Assembly (NCBI RefSeq): GCF_028368995.1
Contig: NZ_JAQNDL010000001.1
Span: forward strand, 4,224,001-4,288,000
Source: Nannocystis bainbridge
GTDB taxonomy: Bacteria; Myxococcota_A; Polyangia; Nannocystales; Nannocystaceae
DNA: 64,000 nucleotides
Reading direction: 5' to 3'
Shown in pieces: positions 9,636 to 18,622 of this stretch (its first letter is position 1; each line of letters starts with the position of its first letter). Made by a program: the position numbers and the translations under genes. The notes beneath the pieces are model-generated. The model was not told where the DNA came from. It was given only the letters and a program-made list of their open reading frames with translations, and did no database searches.

Positions 9636-12620
9636 TCACGGCGTCTTGCCGGCCGTCACCGCCACGCTCTTCCCGCTCAGCGTCCCGAACGTCACCGCCG
9701 TCCCCTCGAGCACCGCCGTCAGCCCATGATAGAGGTATGCGTTCGCCCCCGTCACGTCCTGCCCGTCGACGCTCGTGATGGTGTCGCCGATCTGCAGCCC
9801 GGCGAGCGCCGCCGGGCTGTTCGGCTGCACGTGGGCCACCGTCAGCTGCCGCGCCAGCGGATCGGCGCCCGGCTCCGACTCCTTGAATTTGAGGCCGAAG
9901 TAGCCGGACGCGTCGCCGTCCTTCACCCGGCGGCGGGCCACCTTGATCGGCGGCAAGTTCGTCACCGACGCCTCCGACGACAACACCGCCGGCATGTTCG
10001 TCCACGCGTACTCGTTGCTGCCCCAGCTGCGCGGGTGCACCGAGACTTGCACCTTCCCGCTCGGCGCGTTCGTCACCTCGTAGCGACCGCCCTCGTCGGT
10101 CACGTTGCGCTTCTCCTCGTCGCCGCCGCCGCCCGACCAGGTGCCCGGCGCGCTGACGTACACCTCCATCCCGGCGAGCGGCTTGCCCTCGGTGTCGACC
10201 ACCGACCCGCGGACCGTCACCTTCGGCGCCAGCTCGATGCGGACCCCGCTGGTGTCCTTGCCCGCGCTCATCGCCGCCTGCACCTCCGCCGTGCCCGGCC
10301 CTGCCGTCACCGACACCTTGTAGTTCCCGGCCGGCAGCTCCGACAGGCTCCATGACCCGCCCGTGCGGAAGAACTGGTCGGTGCGGCGATAGCCGGTCGC
10401 CTCGTCGATCGCCACGATCGTGAACTCCTCCGGCGACGTCCCGCCGCGCACGTTCACCATCCCGGACATCCGCCCCGCCGACGCGATCGTCACCACCACA
10501 TCGCTGCCGAGCTCCACGTGCTCGACGATCCCCTCGCCTCCGCCCTTGCGATGCGCCCGCAGCGTGTGCTTCCCGGTCGGCAATTGCTCGAGCGTGAACT
10601 TCCCGTCCTGATCGGTCAGGTTCGGCTTCTCGAAGAACTCACCCCAGCGGCCCTGACGGATCCCCGCCCCCGCCGCCTTCGTCGCGCTGTCCGACTCGCG
10701 CGTCGCCTCGATGAACGCGTCGGCCACCACCTCGCCGTCCTCGTCGCGCACGGTCCCCGAGATCCGCCCCGACGCGCTCTCGACCACCAGCTTCACCGTC
10801 GCCACCTTGCCCTCGCGCACCTCGACCCGCTCGCCCTGCACGTCGTCGTCACTGGTCCCCGGCGCCCGCATCGCGTCGCCCCACCAGCCGAGCCGCGCCG
10901 TCACGCGATAGTCGCCGCCGACCAGGCTCTCGAAGTGGAAGCTCCCGTCGTCCTTCGAGGTCGTCGACTGCCAGTGCACCCCGTCGCTGACGTTGACCTT
11001 CGCCGAGGCGATCGGCTGCCCTTTCGGATCGCGCACCGACCCCTGCAGCTCGCCGGACGGCGGCAGCTCGATCCGCAAGCCCGTCACGTCCTTCCCCTTC
11101 GTCACCTCCACCAGCGTCGGCTTCGCCGGCGTCGCCCGCGGCTTGCGCCACGTGTTCAGCGACAGCTCGTACGTCCCGGGCAGCAGCCCCGCCAGCTCGA
11201 AGCGGCCCTGCGCGTCGGTCTCGGGGCCCCACACGTTGGTCGTCTGGTGCCCGCGCGGCTGGCTCGGGTCCGGCTTGAGCGACGCGTCGAGGTTCACGTG
11301 CGACGCCGGCTTGCCGCTCGCGTCGACCACCACCCCGCGGATCGATTGCCCCTTCGCCACGTCCCAGCGCAGCCCCGTCACGCTCTTGTCGACCACCTTG
11401 ATCCGCTCGTAGCGCTCGGCCGACACGAACCCGTTGCAGCGGACGTGGACCTGATAATCACCCGGCAGCGCCCCGCGCTGGCGCACCGTCCCGTCGCTCT
11501 CGACCGACATCCACATGTCGCGGCCCTGCGCCGCGTCCTCGAGGCTGACCGAGCCGTCGACGCAGCTCGCCCCGCCCTCGGTCACGATCTTGCCCTCGAT
11601 GAGGAACGCCGGGTGCGCCTCGATCACGATCGGCGCCGAGGTCTCGCCGAGCCCGAGGATCACCTGCTCCTTCGCCACCCCGAGCGCGTCGTCGGCCTCC
11701 GCCCGCGCCTTGTAGGCCCCGGGCTCGAGCCCATCGATGCGGAACTCGCCGCTCGAATCGGTGTAGGCCGACTTCGGCATGAAGCCCCAGCCGCCCGTCA
11801 TCGCCGTCACCTGTGCCCCCTCGACCGGCCCGCCGCCCTCGCCCGCGCGCACCACCTTCCCGATCAGCACCGCCTCCGGCGTCAGGAACAGCTCGAACTC
11901 GTGACCCGGCGCCACGCCCTCTTCCGTGCCCAGCGCGTAGCCCTCGGCCCGCGCGATGATCCACAGCGGCCCTTCCTTCACCCACGCCGAGAACGACCCG
12001 TCGGCCGCCGTCCACGTGAACGTCGCGTCGGCGGCGACCTGCGCCCCCTCGACCGGCCCGCCGCTCAGGTCCTTCACGAACCCGTGGATCTCCACCCCGC
12101 CGTCCTCGAGCGTGATGTCGACGTCGAGCACCTCCATCTTCGGTCGCAGGTCGAGCCAGCTGCGCCGGCTCGCCCCCTCGCCCTGGTAATACGTCCCCGG
12201 CGCGAAGCCTGCCCCGCTCGCCAGCACCGTGTAGCGCACCGGATACAGCCCCTCGATCCGGTAGTGACCGTCGCGCTCGGTCTTCGCGCAGCTCGGCCGC
12301 TCCGTGTCCTTCGTCGCCAGCAGGTTCGAATGGGTCACCGCGCACACCTGTGCGCCCGCCACCGGCTGCCCGTTCGGGTCGCGCACCGTCCCCGCGATCG
12401 CGGCCCGCTCGGCGAGGCTCGGGTTCAGCGTCAGCGTCGGTCGCAGCTCCGGCAGGCTCGCCACGATCGCCTGCGCCGGCGCCAGGGCCTGCTCCTCCGC
12501 CGCCGGCAGCGCCGCGCTCTCGGCCCCGCTGCGCCACCACCACAGCGCCGCCGCCCCGGCCAGCCCCGCGATCACCAGCCATACCGGCCCTGTCCCTCGC
12601 GCCTCGTCTTGCTTGCTCAC
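9636..12620 (-). CDS. membrane-anchored protein with multiple carboxypeptidase-regulatory-like repeats and C-terminal PDZ (paralog 1)
   Basis: Same architecture as 6653-9577 with shared blocks (ERDGHYRIEGL, APGTSDDD, HTLRAHR); PDZ VQPNSPAALAGLQIGDTITSVDG. Confidence 0.87.
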   Translation of the reverse strand: MSKQDEARGTGPVWLVIAGLAGAAALWWWRSGAESAALPAAEEQALAPAQAIVASLPELRPTLTLNPSLAERAAIAGTVRDPNGQPVAGAQVCAVTHSNLLATKDTERPSCAKTERDGHYRIEGLYPVRYTVLASGAGFAPGTYYQGEGASRRSWLDLRPKMEVLDVDITLEDGGVEIHGFVKDLSGGPVEGAQVAADATFTWTAADGSFSAWVKEGPLWIIARAEGYALGTEEGVAPGHEFELFLTPEAVLIGKVVRAGEGGGPVEGAQVTAMTGGWGFMPKSAYTDSSGEFRIDGLEPGAYKARAEADDALGVAKEQVILGLGETSAPIVIEAHPAFLIEGKIVTEGGASCVDGSVSLEDAAQGRDMWMSVESDGTVRQRGALPGDYQVHVRCNGFVSAERYERIKVVDKSVTGLRWDVAKGQSIRGVVVDASGKPASHVNLDASLKPDPSQPRGHQTTNVWGPETDAQGRFELAGLLPGTYELSLNTWRKPRATPAKPTLVEVTKGKDVTGLRIELPPSGELQGSVRDPKGQPIASAKVNVSDGVHWQSTTSKDDGSFHFESLVGGDYRVTARLGWWGDAMRAPGTSDDDVQGERVEVREGKVATVKLVVESASGRISGTVRDEDGEVVADAFIEATRESDSATKAAGAGIRQGRWGEFFEKPNLTDQDGKFTLEQLPTGKHTLRAHRKGGGEGIVEHVELGSDVVVTIASAGRMSGMVNVRGGTSPEEFTIVAIDEATGYRRTDQFFRTGGSWSLSELPAGNYKVSVTAGPGTAEVQAAMSAGKDTSGVRIELAPKVTVRGSVVDTEGKPLAGMEVYVSAPGTWSGGGGDEEKRNVTDEGGRYEVTNAPSGKVQVSVHPRSWGSNEYAWTNMPAVLSSEASVTNLPPIKVARRRVKDGDASGYFGLKFKESEPGADPLARQLTVAHVQPNSPAALAGLQIGDTITSVDGQDVTGANAYLYHGLTAVLEGTAVTFGTLSGKSVAVTAGKTP

Positions 12621-13520
12621 GCTCGACCTATCCTTTCAGACATGTTCATTACGACATGTACCCAAGACCTGCAGACCCGCTCCACCTGCCTCGCCCTCGC
12701 CCACCGCCTCGCGCCCGCGTGCACGTCGAGGCGCCGCTCTACCGGCGCCCCGGCCGTCGCATTCCGGCCCCCGCGGACCGCAGCGTCCATGCCCCGCGCA
12801 TGATGCCGCGACCCGACGCCGCGGAGCGCCGTCACGAGCCCGGGCAAATACTCCCTCGCGCCACGGAGGTCCCGGGCCCGCACCGGCAGCCAACCTCGGG
12901 GCGCCAGCGAGGCCATCACAGCGACCGCCCCTCGCGCGCGCTCGTGGACACGCGCCAGCCGAGCCCGATCCGCCACGCCGTGGGCGACCCGTCCGTCGCC
13001 CAGGCCCGCGCGGACCCGCTCACCCCGCGGTCTCGCATCACGCCTCGACCCTCGCGCCCGGCCGCATCACGCACCGCTGCGGGCCGCCGCCGAACCTCGC
13101 CGGCCGGCCCCGCGAACCGTCTCCCCCGTGAAATCTCGGCCCCTTGCACGCGCGCGTCTCGTCTTGGCGACGTGTCCGTCAGGACATGTGATTTTCCCGC
13201 AACGCCCACGAACCCGCGGATGTTCCGGTCGGAGCGCATACGCAGGAGCAGGGGCCCACGATCTCACGAACCGCCGGCGATCGGCGGCTCTTCGTCGCGG
13301 CCTCGCCGGCCCCTCTCACGGCATCCGCGCCGCACCCGGGCCGCGGGGAATTCCACCGCCGTCTTGCGAAGAAAGGTCTCGTCGATCGCACCGCCTGCCC
13401 GCGACGCCGGCCCAGGGAGCGCTGGCCCCCACTTCGCTCGGCTTCGATCCATGACCGCGGCGGCCCCGCCCCGGGCGGTGCGCTGGCACCGAGCGATCAA
13501 AGGTGCCACCGTCACCGGGG

Positions 13521-14828
13521 ATGAAGGTCATCCACGCCGCCGACCTGCACATCGACAGCCCGCTACGCGGGCTCGGTCGCATCGAGGGCGCGCCTGTCGA
13601 CGACATCCGCCTGGCCACCCGTCGCGCCTTCAGCCGCCTCGTCGACACCTGTCTCGAAGACCAGGCCGCCCTCTTGATCCTCGCCGGCGACGTCTTCGAC
13701 GGCGAGTGGCGCGACTTCAACACCGGCCTCTTCTTCGTCCGCGAGCTCGCCCGCCTGCGCGACGTCGGCACCCGCGTCGTCATGGTCCGCGGCAACCACG
13801 ACGCCGAGTCCGTGCTCGCCCGCCACATCCCCCTGCCCGAGCACGTCCACACCTTCCCCGCCGAGGCCGCCGGCACCCTCGAGCTGCCCGCGCTCGGCCT
13901 CGCCGTGCACGGCCAGAGCTACGGCAACCGCAGCGTCGAGGACAACCTCGCCGAGTTTTACCCCGACCGCCGGCGCGACCTCGTCAACATCGGCGTCCTC
14001 CACACCAACGCCATCGGCTCCGCCGAGCACAGCAACTACGCCCCCTGCACCGTCCAGCAGCTCGTGCGCCGCGGCTACGACTACTGGGCCCTCGGGCACG
14101 TACACAAGCGCATCGTCCTCAACGCCGACCCGTGGGTCGTCTACCCCGGCAACCTGCAGGGTCGTCACGCCCACGAGACCGGCCCGCGCGGCTGCACCGT
14201 CCTCGACATCGACAACCTGAAGATCCGCAGCGTCGCCCACCGCGACCTCGACGTCCTGCGCTGGGCCGAGATCTCGCTCGCCGCCGCCGCCGCCGCCGAC
14301 ACCGACGACCTGCTCGGCAGCCTGCGCCTGCGCCTGCAACAGATCGTCTTCGAGGCCGGCGGCAGGCCCGTGCTCGCGCGCGTCCTCGTCGACGGCGCCA
14401 CCCACTTGCACGCCCGCCTCGCCGCCCACCCCGAGCCCTTCGCCGCCCAGGCGCGGGCGATCGCCGCCGACCTCGGCGACGTGTGGATCGAGCAAGTCCG
14501 CTTCCGCACCCGCCCGCCCGCCGAGACGGAGCACGGCGAGCTGCTCGCCCTCCACCAGGCCCTGCGCGACGAGCTCGAGGCCCTCGCCGCCGACCCCCAG
14601 CGCCTCGCCGAATACGGCCCCACCCTCGCCCCGCTCGGCGCCCTCGTCGCCCCCTTCCTCGGCACCCGCCCCGACGACCCCGAGCGCCTCGCCGCCCGCC
14701 TCCCCGAGGTCGAAGCCCTCCTCCTCGGCCTCCTCGCCCCCGACTACCCGCACCCGCGCCCGCCCGCCCACGTCCCCGCCCAGGACCCGCCGCCCCCCCG
14801 CGCGAGCAAGCACCCCGAGGTCCAATGA
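13521..14828 (+). CDS. Mre11/SbcD-like metallophosphoesterase DNA repair exonuclease (YhaO type)
   Basis: HAADLHID, AGDVFD, GNHD, LHT, WALGHVH, YPGNLQGR motifs. Confidence 0.92.
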   Translation: MKVIHAADLHIDSPLRGLGRIEGAPVDDIRLATRRAFSRLVDTCLEDQAALLILAGDVFDGEWRDFNTGLFFVRELARLRDVGTRVVMVRGNHDAESVLARHIPLPEHVHTFPAEAAGTLELPALGLAVHGQSYGNRSVEDNLAEFYPDRRRDLVNIGVLHTNAIGSAEHSNYAPCTVQQLVRRGYDYWALGHVHKRIVLNADPWVVYPGNLQGRHAHETGPRGCTVLDIDNLKIRSVAHRDLDVLRWAEISLAAAAAADTDDLLGSLRLRLQQIVFEAGGRPVLARVLVDGATHLHARLAAHPEPFAAQARAIAADLGDVWIEQVRFRTRPPAETEHGELLALHQALRDELEALAADPQRLAEYGPTLAPLGALVAPFLGTRPDDPERLAARLPEVEALLLGLLAPDYPHPRPPAHVPAQDPPPPRASKHPEVQ

Positions 14829-14990
14829 CCCGGCGCCCTCGGCCCCACCGCTCGCCCGCACCCCCGGCGAGCCCCGCCGCCGTTCGAGCGCCCGACCGTC
14901 ACGCGCATGTCTCTTGCGACATGTCCGTAAAGTCATACGCCCTCGGATCGGCCCGCATCCTCCGACCAGCCCCCGCTCTTCGAGTCACGC

Positions 14991-17900
14991 ATGCGCTTTG
15001 AACGCCTGACCGTCGAGCGCTTCGGCCACTTCGAATCGCTCGACATCGACCTGCCCGGAGGGCCAGGTCTCGTCGTCCTTTACGGCCCCAACGAGGCTGG
15101 CAAGACCACCCTCTTGCGGGCTCTCCACGGCCTCCTCTTCGGCGTCGACGAGCGCACCCCTTACGCCTTCGAGTACGACTACCGCGCCATCGCCTTGCGC
15201 GCCGTCCTGCGCGACAGCGCCGGCCAGCGCCTCCACGTCACTCGCCTCAAGAAGCGCAAGGACTCGCTCGTCGGCAGCCTTCACAGCGAAGCTGGCGAAG
15301 TCCCCCTCGACGGCGCTCGCTTCGCCCGTTACTTCGGCGCCATCACCGAAGAGCTCTACCGCGCCATCTTCGGCTTCACCCACGCCGACCTCCAGCAGGG
15401 CTCCGACGTCCTTCAGGTCGCCGGCCTCTCCGAGATCCTCGGCGGCGGCGCCCTCGGCGGCAGCGCCGAGAAGATCCGTGGCGCCCTCGCCGGCCTCCAG
15501 GGCGAGGGCGAGAACCTCTTCAAGGCCAAGGGCAAGAACCCCGCCATCAACCGCGGCCTCACCCAGCTGCGCGACGCCAAGCACGCCCTGCGCGACGCCA
15601 TGTTCGCCCAGCCGCAGTACGCCGCGCTCACCACCAACCTCGCCGTCGCCCGCCACGACGCCGACGCTGCCGAGTCCGAGCTCGCCCGCCTGCGCGAGCG
15701 CGAGGCCCGGCTGCGCACCTTGCTCGGCGTGTTCGAGGACTTTCACGAGCACCTCGGCCTCGTCCGCGCCCTCGCCGATCCGTCGCTGCGCACCGACCTC
15801 GACGAGCCTGCCGCCGAGCGGGCGCGCCAGCGCCACGCCGAGTTCCAGGCCGCCGACAACCAGCTGCGGGCCCTCGACGCCGAGCTCGCCCGCCTGCTCG
15901 CCCGCGCCGACCAGCCCGCCGCCGACCCCGCCCTGCTCGCCGAGGCCGGCGCCGTCGAGCGGCTCGTCCGCCGCGTCGAGACCGTCGCCGAGCAGCGGCT
16001 CGTCGTCCCGCGCGAGCGCGAGCGCCTGGCCCGCGAGACCGACGCCCTACAATCTGTCCTTGCGACCATGTCCCCCGGGACACGTCCCGAAGACCATGTC
16101 CGATGGGTCATCCAGCCGCACGAGCTCGACCGCCTGCGCGCCCTCGCCACCCGCTGGCAGCGCGCCCGCCAGGAGCTCATGTTGTCGGCCCGCGGCCTCG
16201 CCGACGACGAGGCCGAGCTGTCGGCCTTGCGCGCCAGCGTCGCCGAGCTGGCCGCCGCCGCCCCGGACTTCGAGGACAGCGCCCTGCTCGCCGAGCTCGA
16301 GGACGCCCTCGCGCGCAAGGCCGAGCTCGACCGCGAGGAGCTGGCCGTCGCCCGCCTGCGCGCCGACCTCGACCTCGGCCTCCTGCGCCTGCACCCCCCG
16401 CTGCCCGCCGCCGACCTCGCCGCCGTCCCGCTCCCGCGCCCCGCCGACCTCGACGACCATCACGCCCGCAGCCTCGACCTCGAGCGCGAGCGCCGGGCTG
16501 CCCTTTCGGACCTGTCCCGAGAGCAAGCCGACCTCGCCCGCGCCCGCGCCGAGCTCGCCGCCCTCGCCGGCGCCGACTTGCCCGACCTGGACGCCCTCGC
16601 TGCCGCTCGCGCCCGCCGCGACGAGGTCTGGCAGGACGTGCGCCGCCGGCTCCACAGCCACGAGGGCTTCGGCGCCCTGTTCGCCGGCGCCGACGGGGCC
16701 GACCTCGGGCCCGACACCGCCGCCGCCCGCAAGCAGCTCACCCGCCGCTTCGAGCGCGCCCTCGCCGACGCCGACGACCTCGCCGACCGCCTGCGCGACG
16801 CCGCCGACTTGCTGGCCAAAAAGACAGGTCTCTTGCGGCAGATCGACGGCGCCGAGCAGGACGTCGCGCGCGCCGAGGAGCGGGTCGCCGCGGCCGGCCG
16901 CACCGAAGCGCGCTGGGCCGCCGACTGGGCCGCCGTGTGGCGCCCGACCAAAATCATCCCTGGCCCGCCCGCGGCGATGATCCCGTGGTGCCGCGACGCC
17001 GCCGACCTGCGCGAGCACGCCGCCGACCTGGTCCGCCGCGAGGAGGTCGTCCGCCGCCTGCGCCCCGCGATCGACGAGTTCACCGCCCGTCTGCAGCGCC
17101 GCCTCACCTGGCCCGGCGCCAGCCTGCCCGCGCTCGCCCAGGGCCTGCGCGAGCGCGAGCGCACCGCCCTGGCCGCCCGCGCCCGCCTCGAGGCCGCCTC
17201 CGCCCGCCTCGCCGGCCTCGAGAGCGCCGTCGCCCGCGGTCACGCCGCCGACGCCGCGCTCTCGCGCGAGCTCGCCGACCTGCGCGCCAGCCTCTCCGCC
17301 CTGCTCATCACCCTCGGCCTGCCCGCCGACCTCGAGCCCGACGCCGCGCTCGCCCGCATCGATGCCCTCGAGGACATGTCCCAAAAGCTAGCCAACCTCG
17401 AGGCTCGCCGCGAGGCCTTGCACCGCGGCGAGGCCCTGCTCGCCGGCTTCGACGCCGAGTTCACCGCCCTGCTCGCCCGTCTCGGCCGCCCGGCCGACGA
17501 CGCCGCCCCCGAGCACACCGTCGACCGCCTCAGCCGCCGCCTCGCCGAGGCCCGCACCGCCGCCGCCGCCGCCGCTCAGGCCCGCGAGCAGGCCGACGCC
17601 AAGCAGCAGGAGCGCGACGCCCTCGCCGAGACTCGCGCCGCCGCCGTCACCGAGCTCGCCGCCCTCGCCGCCCGCGCCCGCGCCCGCGACACGGCTGAAC
17701 TTTTGGACATGTCCGAACGAGCGCTCCAGCGCGCCCGCCTGCACAAGCGCCAGAGCGAGCTCGCCCTGCGACTGGCCCGCGCTCTCGGCGACGGCCCCGC
17801 CCGCGACAGCTACGACGCCGAGCTCCAGGGCGCCCGCCGCGAGGCCCTGCTCGCCGAGCGCGACGAGCTCGCCAGGCGGATCTCCGACCTCGACCGCCGC

Positions 17901-18542
17901 CGCACCGGCGCCGTCGAGCAGCGCGGCAAGCTCGACAACCAGCTCCAGCACCTCGGGGGCGACCGCGCCGCGCGCCTCAACGCCGAGTGCGAGGCCCTCC
18001 ACGCCGACCTCACCCAGCACGTCGACCGCTACGTCCTGGTCCAGCTGGCCCAGCAGGTGCTCGCCCGCGTCACCGACCGCTACGCCCGCGAGAACCAGCC
18101 CGCCCTCCTTCACTACACCTCCGATCTGCTGGCCACCATCACCGGCGGCCGCCACCTCCGCGTCGTCCCCCAGCCCGAGGCCGGCACTCTCGCCGCCCTC
18201 GGCCGCGAGGGCCGATTGCGGCTCCCGGGCGAGCTGTCTCTCGGGACCCGCGAGCAGCTGTTCCTGGCCCTCCGCCTCGCCTACGTCCTCGACTACTGCG
18301 ACCGCAACGAGCCGCTCCCGCTGGTCATGGACGACGTGCTCGTCAACTTCGACGAGGACCGGGCCGCCACCACCCTGCAGGCCCTCCGCGACGTCGCCCG
18401 CACCACCCAGATCCTGTTCCTCACCTGCCACCGCCACCTGATGCACCTCGCGCGCCAGACCACCGACACCGGCGCCGCCCTGCAGATCGTCGAGCTCCCC
18501 GGTCCGCCCGCCGCCACCGCCGCCCGCGCCGCCGACGCCTGA
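14991..18542 (+). CDS. SMC/Rad50-like AAA ATPase (YhaN type)
   Basis: Walker A YGPNEAGKTT, long coiled coil, signature LSLGTREQLFLALRLA, Walker B/D-loop MDDVLVNFD, FLTCH. Confidence 0.92.
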   Translation: MRFERLTVERFGHFESLDIDLPGGPGLVVLYGPNEAGKTTLLRALHGLLFGVDERTPYAFEYDYRAIALRAVLRDSAGQRLHVTRLKKRKDSLVGSLHSEAGEVPLDGARFARYFGAITEELYRAIFGFTHADLQQGSDVLQVAGLSEILGGGALGGSAEKIRGALAGLQGEGENLFKAKGKNPAINRGLTQLRDAKHALRDAMFAQPQYAALTTNLAVARHDADAAESELARLREREARLRTLLGVFEDFHEHLGLVRALADPSLRTDLDEPAAERARQRHAEFQAADNQLRALDAELARLLARADQPAADPALLAEAGAVERLVRRVETVAEQRLVVPRERERLARETDALQSVLATMSPGTRPEDHVRWVIQPHELDRLRALATRWQRARQELMLSARGLADDEAELSALRASVAELAAAAPDFEDSALLAELEDALARKAELDREELAVARLRADLDLGLLRLHPPLPAADLAAVPLPRPADLDDHHARSLDLERERRAALSDLSREQADLARARAELAALAGADLPDLDALAAARARRDEVWQDVRRRLHSHEGFGALFAGADGADLGPDTAAARKQLTRRFERALADADDLADRLRDAADLLAKKTGLLRQIDGAEQDVARAEERVAAAGRTEARWAADWAAVWRPTKIIPGPPAAMIPWCRDAADLREHAADLVRREEVVRRLRPAIDEFTARLQRRLTWPGASLPALAQGLRERERTALAARARLEAASARLAGLESAVARGHAADAALSRELADLRASLSALLITLGLPADLEPDAALARIDALEDMSQKLANLEARREALHRGEALLAGFDAEFTALLARLGRPADDAAPEHTVDRLSRRLAEARTAAAAAAQAREQADAKQQERDALAETRAAAVTELAALAARARARDTAELLDMSERALQRARLHKRQSELALRLARALGDGPARDSYDAELQGARREALLAERDELARRISDLDRRRTGAVEQRGKLDNQLQHLGGDRAARLNAECEALHADLTQHVDRYVLVQLAQQVLARVTDRYARENQPALLHYTSDLLATITGGRHLRVVPQPEAGTLAALGREGRLRLPGELSLGTREQLFLALRLAYVLDYCDRNEPLPLVMDDVLVNFDEDRAATTLQALRDVARTTQILFLTCHRHLMHLARQTTDTGAALQIVELPGPPAATAARAADA

Positions 18543-18548
18543 GCGACA

Positions 18549-18618
18549 TGTCACTTCGGACATGCCCTTCGGCGCATGCTCCCTAGGACATGCCCTCTTG
18601 GACATGTCCAAGAGGGCA
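18549..18618. repeat. five head-to-tail 14-bp TGYY-N6-RRCA palindromic units
   Basis: tgtc acttcg gaca|tgcc cttcgg cgca|tgct ccctag gaca|tgcc ctcttg gaca|tgtc caagag ggca, filling the gap between convergent stops. Confidence 0.85.
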
Positions 18619-18622
18619 CCCG

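Noticed and set aside
13521-18542. Nuclease + SMC-like ATPase pair as a novel defence system
   Set aside because: It matches the widespread YhaO/YhaN (SbcD/SbcC-like) pair and has no accessory defence genes around it.
18600-18609. GGACATGTCC junction matches the eukaryotic p53 half-site RRRCWWGYYY
   Set aside because: It arises automatically when two units abut; there is no evidence of a p53-like protein, so it is treated as coincidence.
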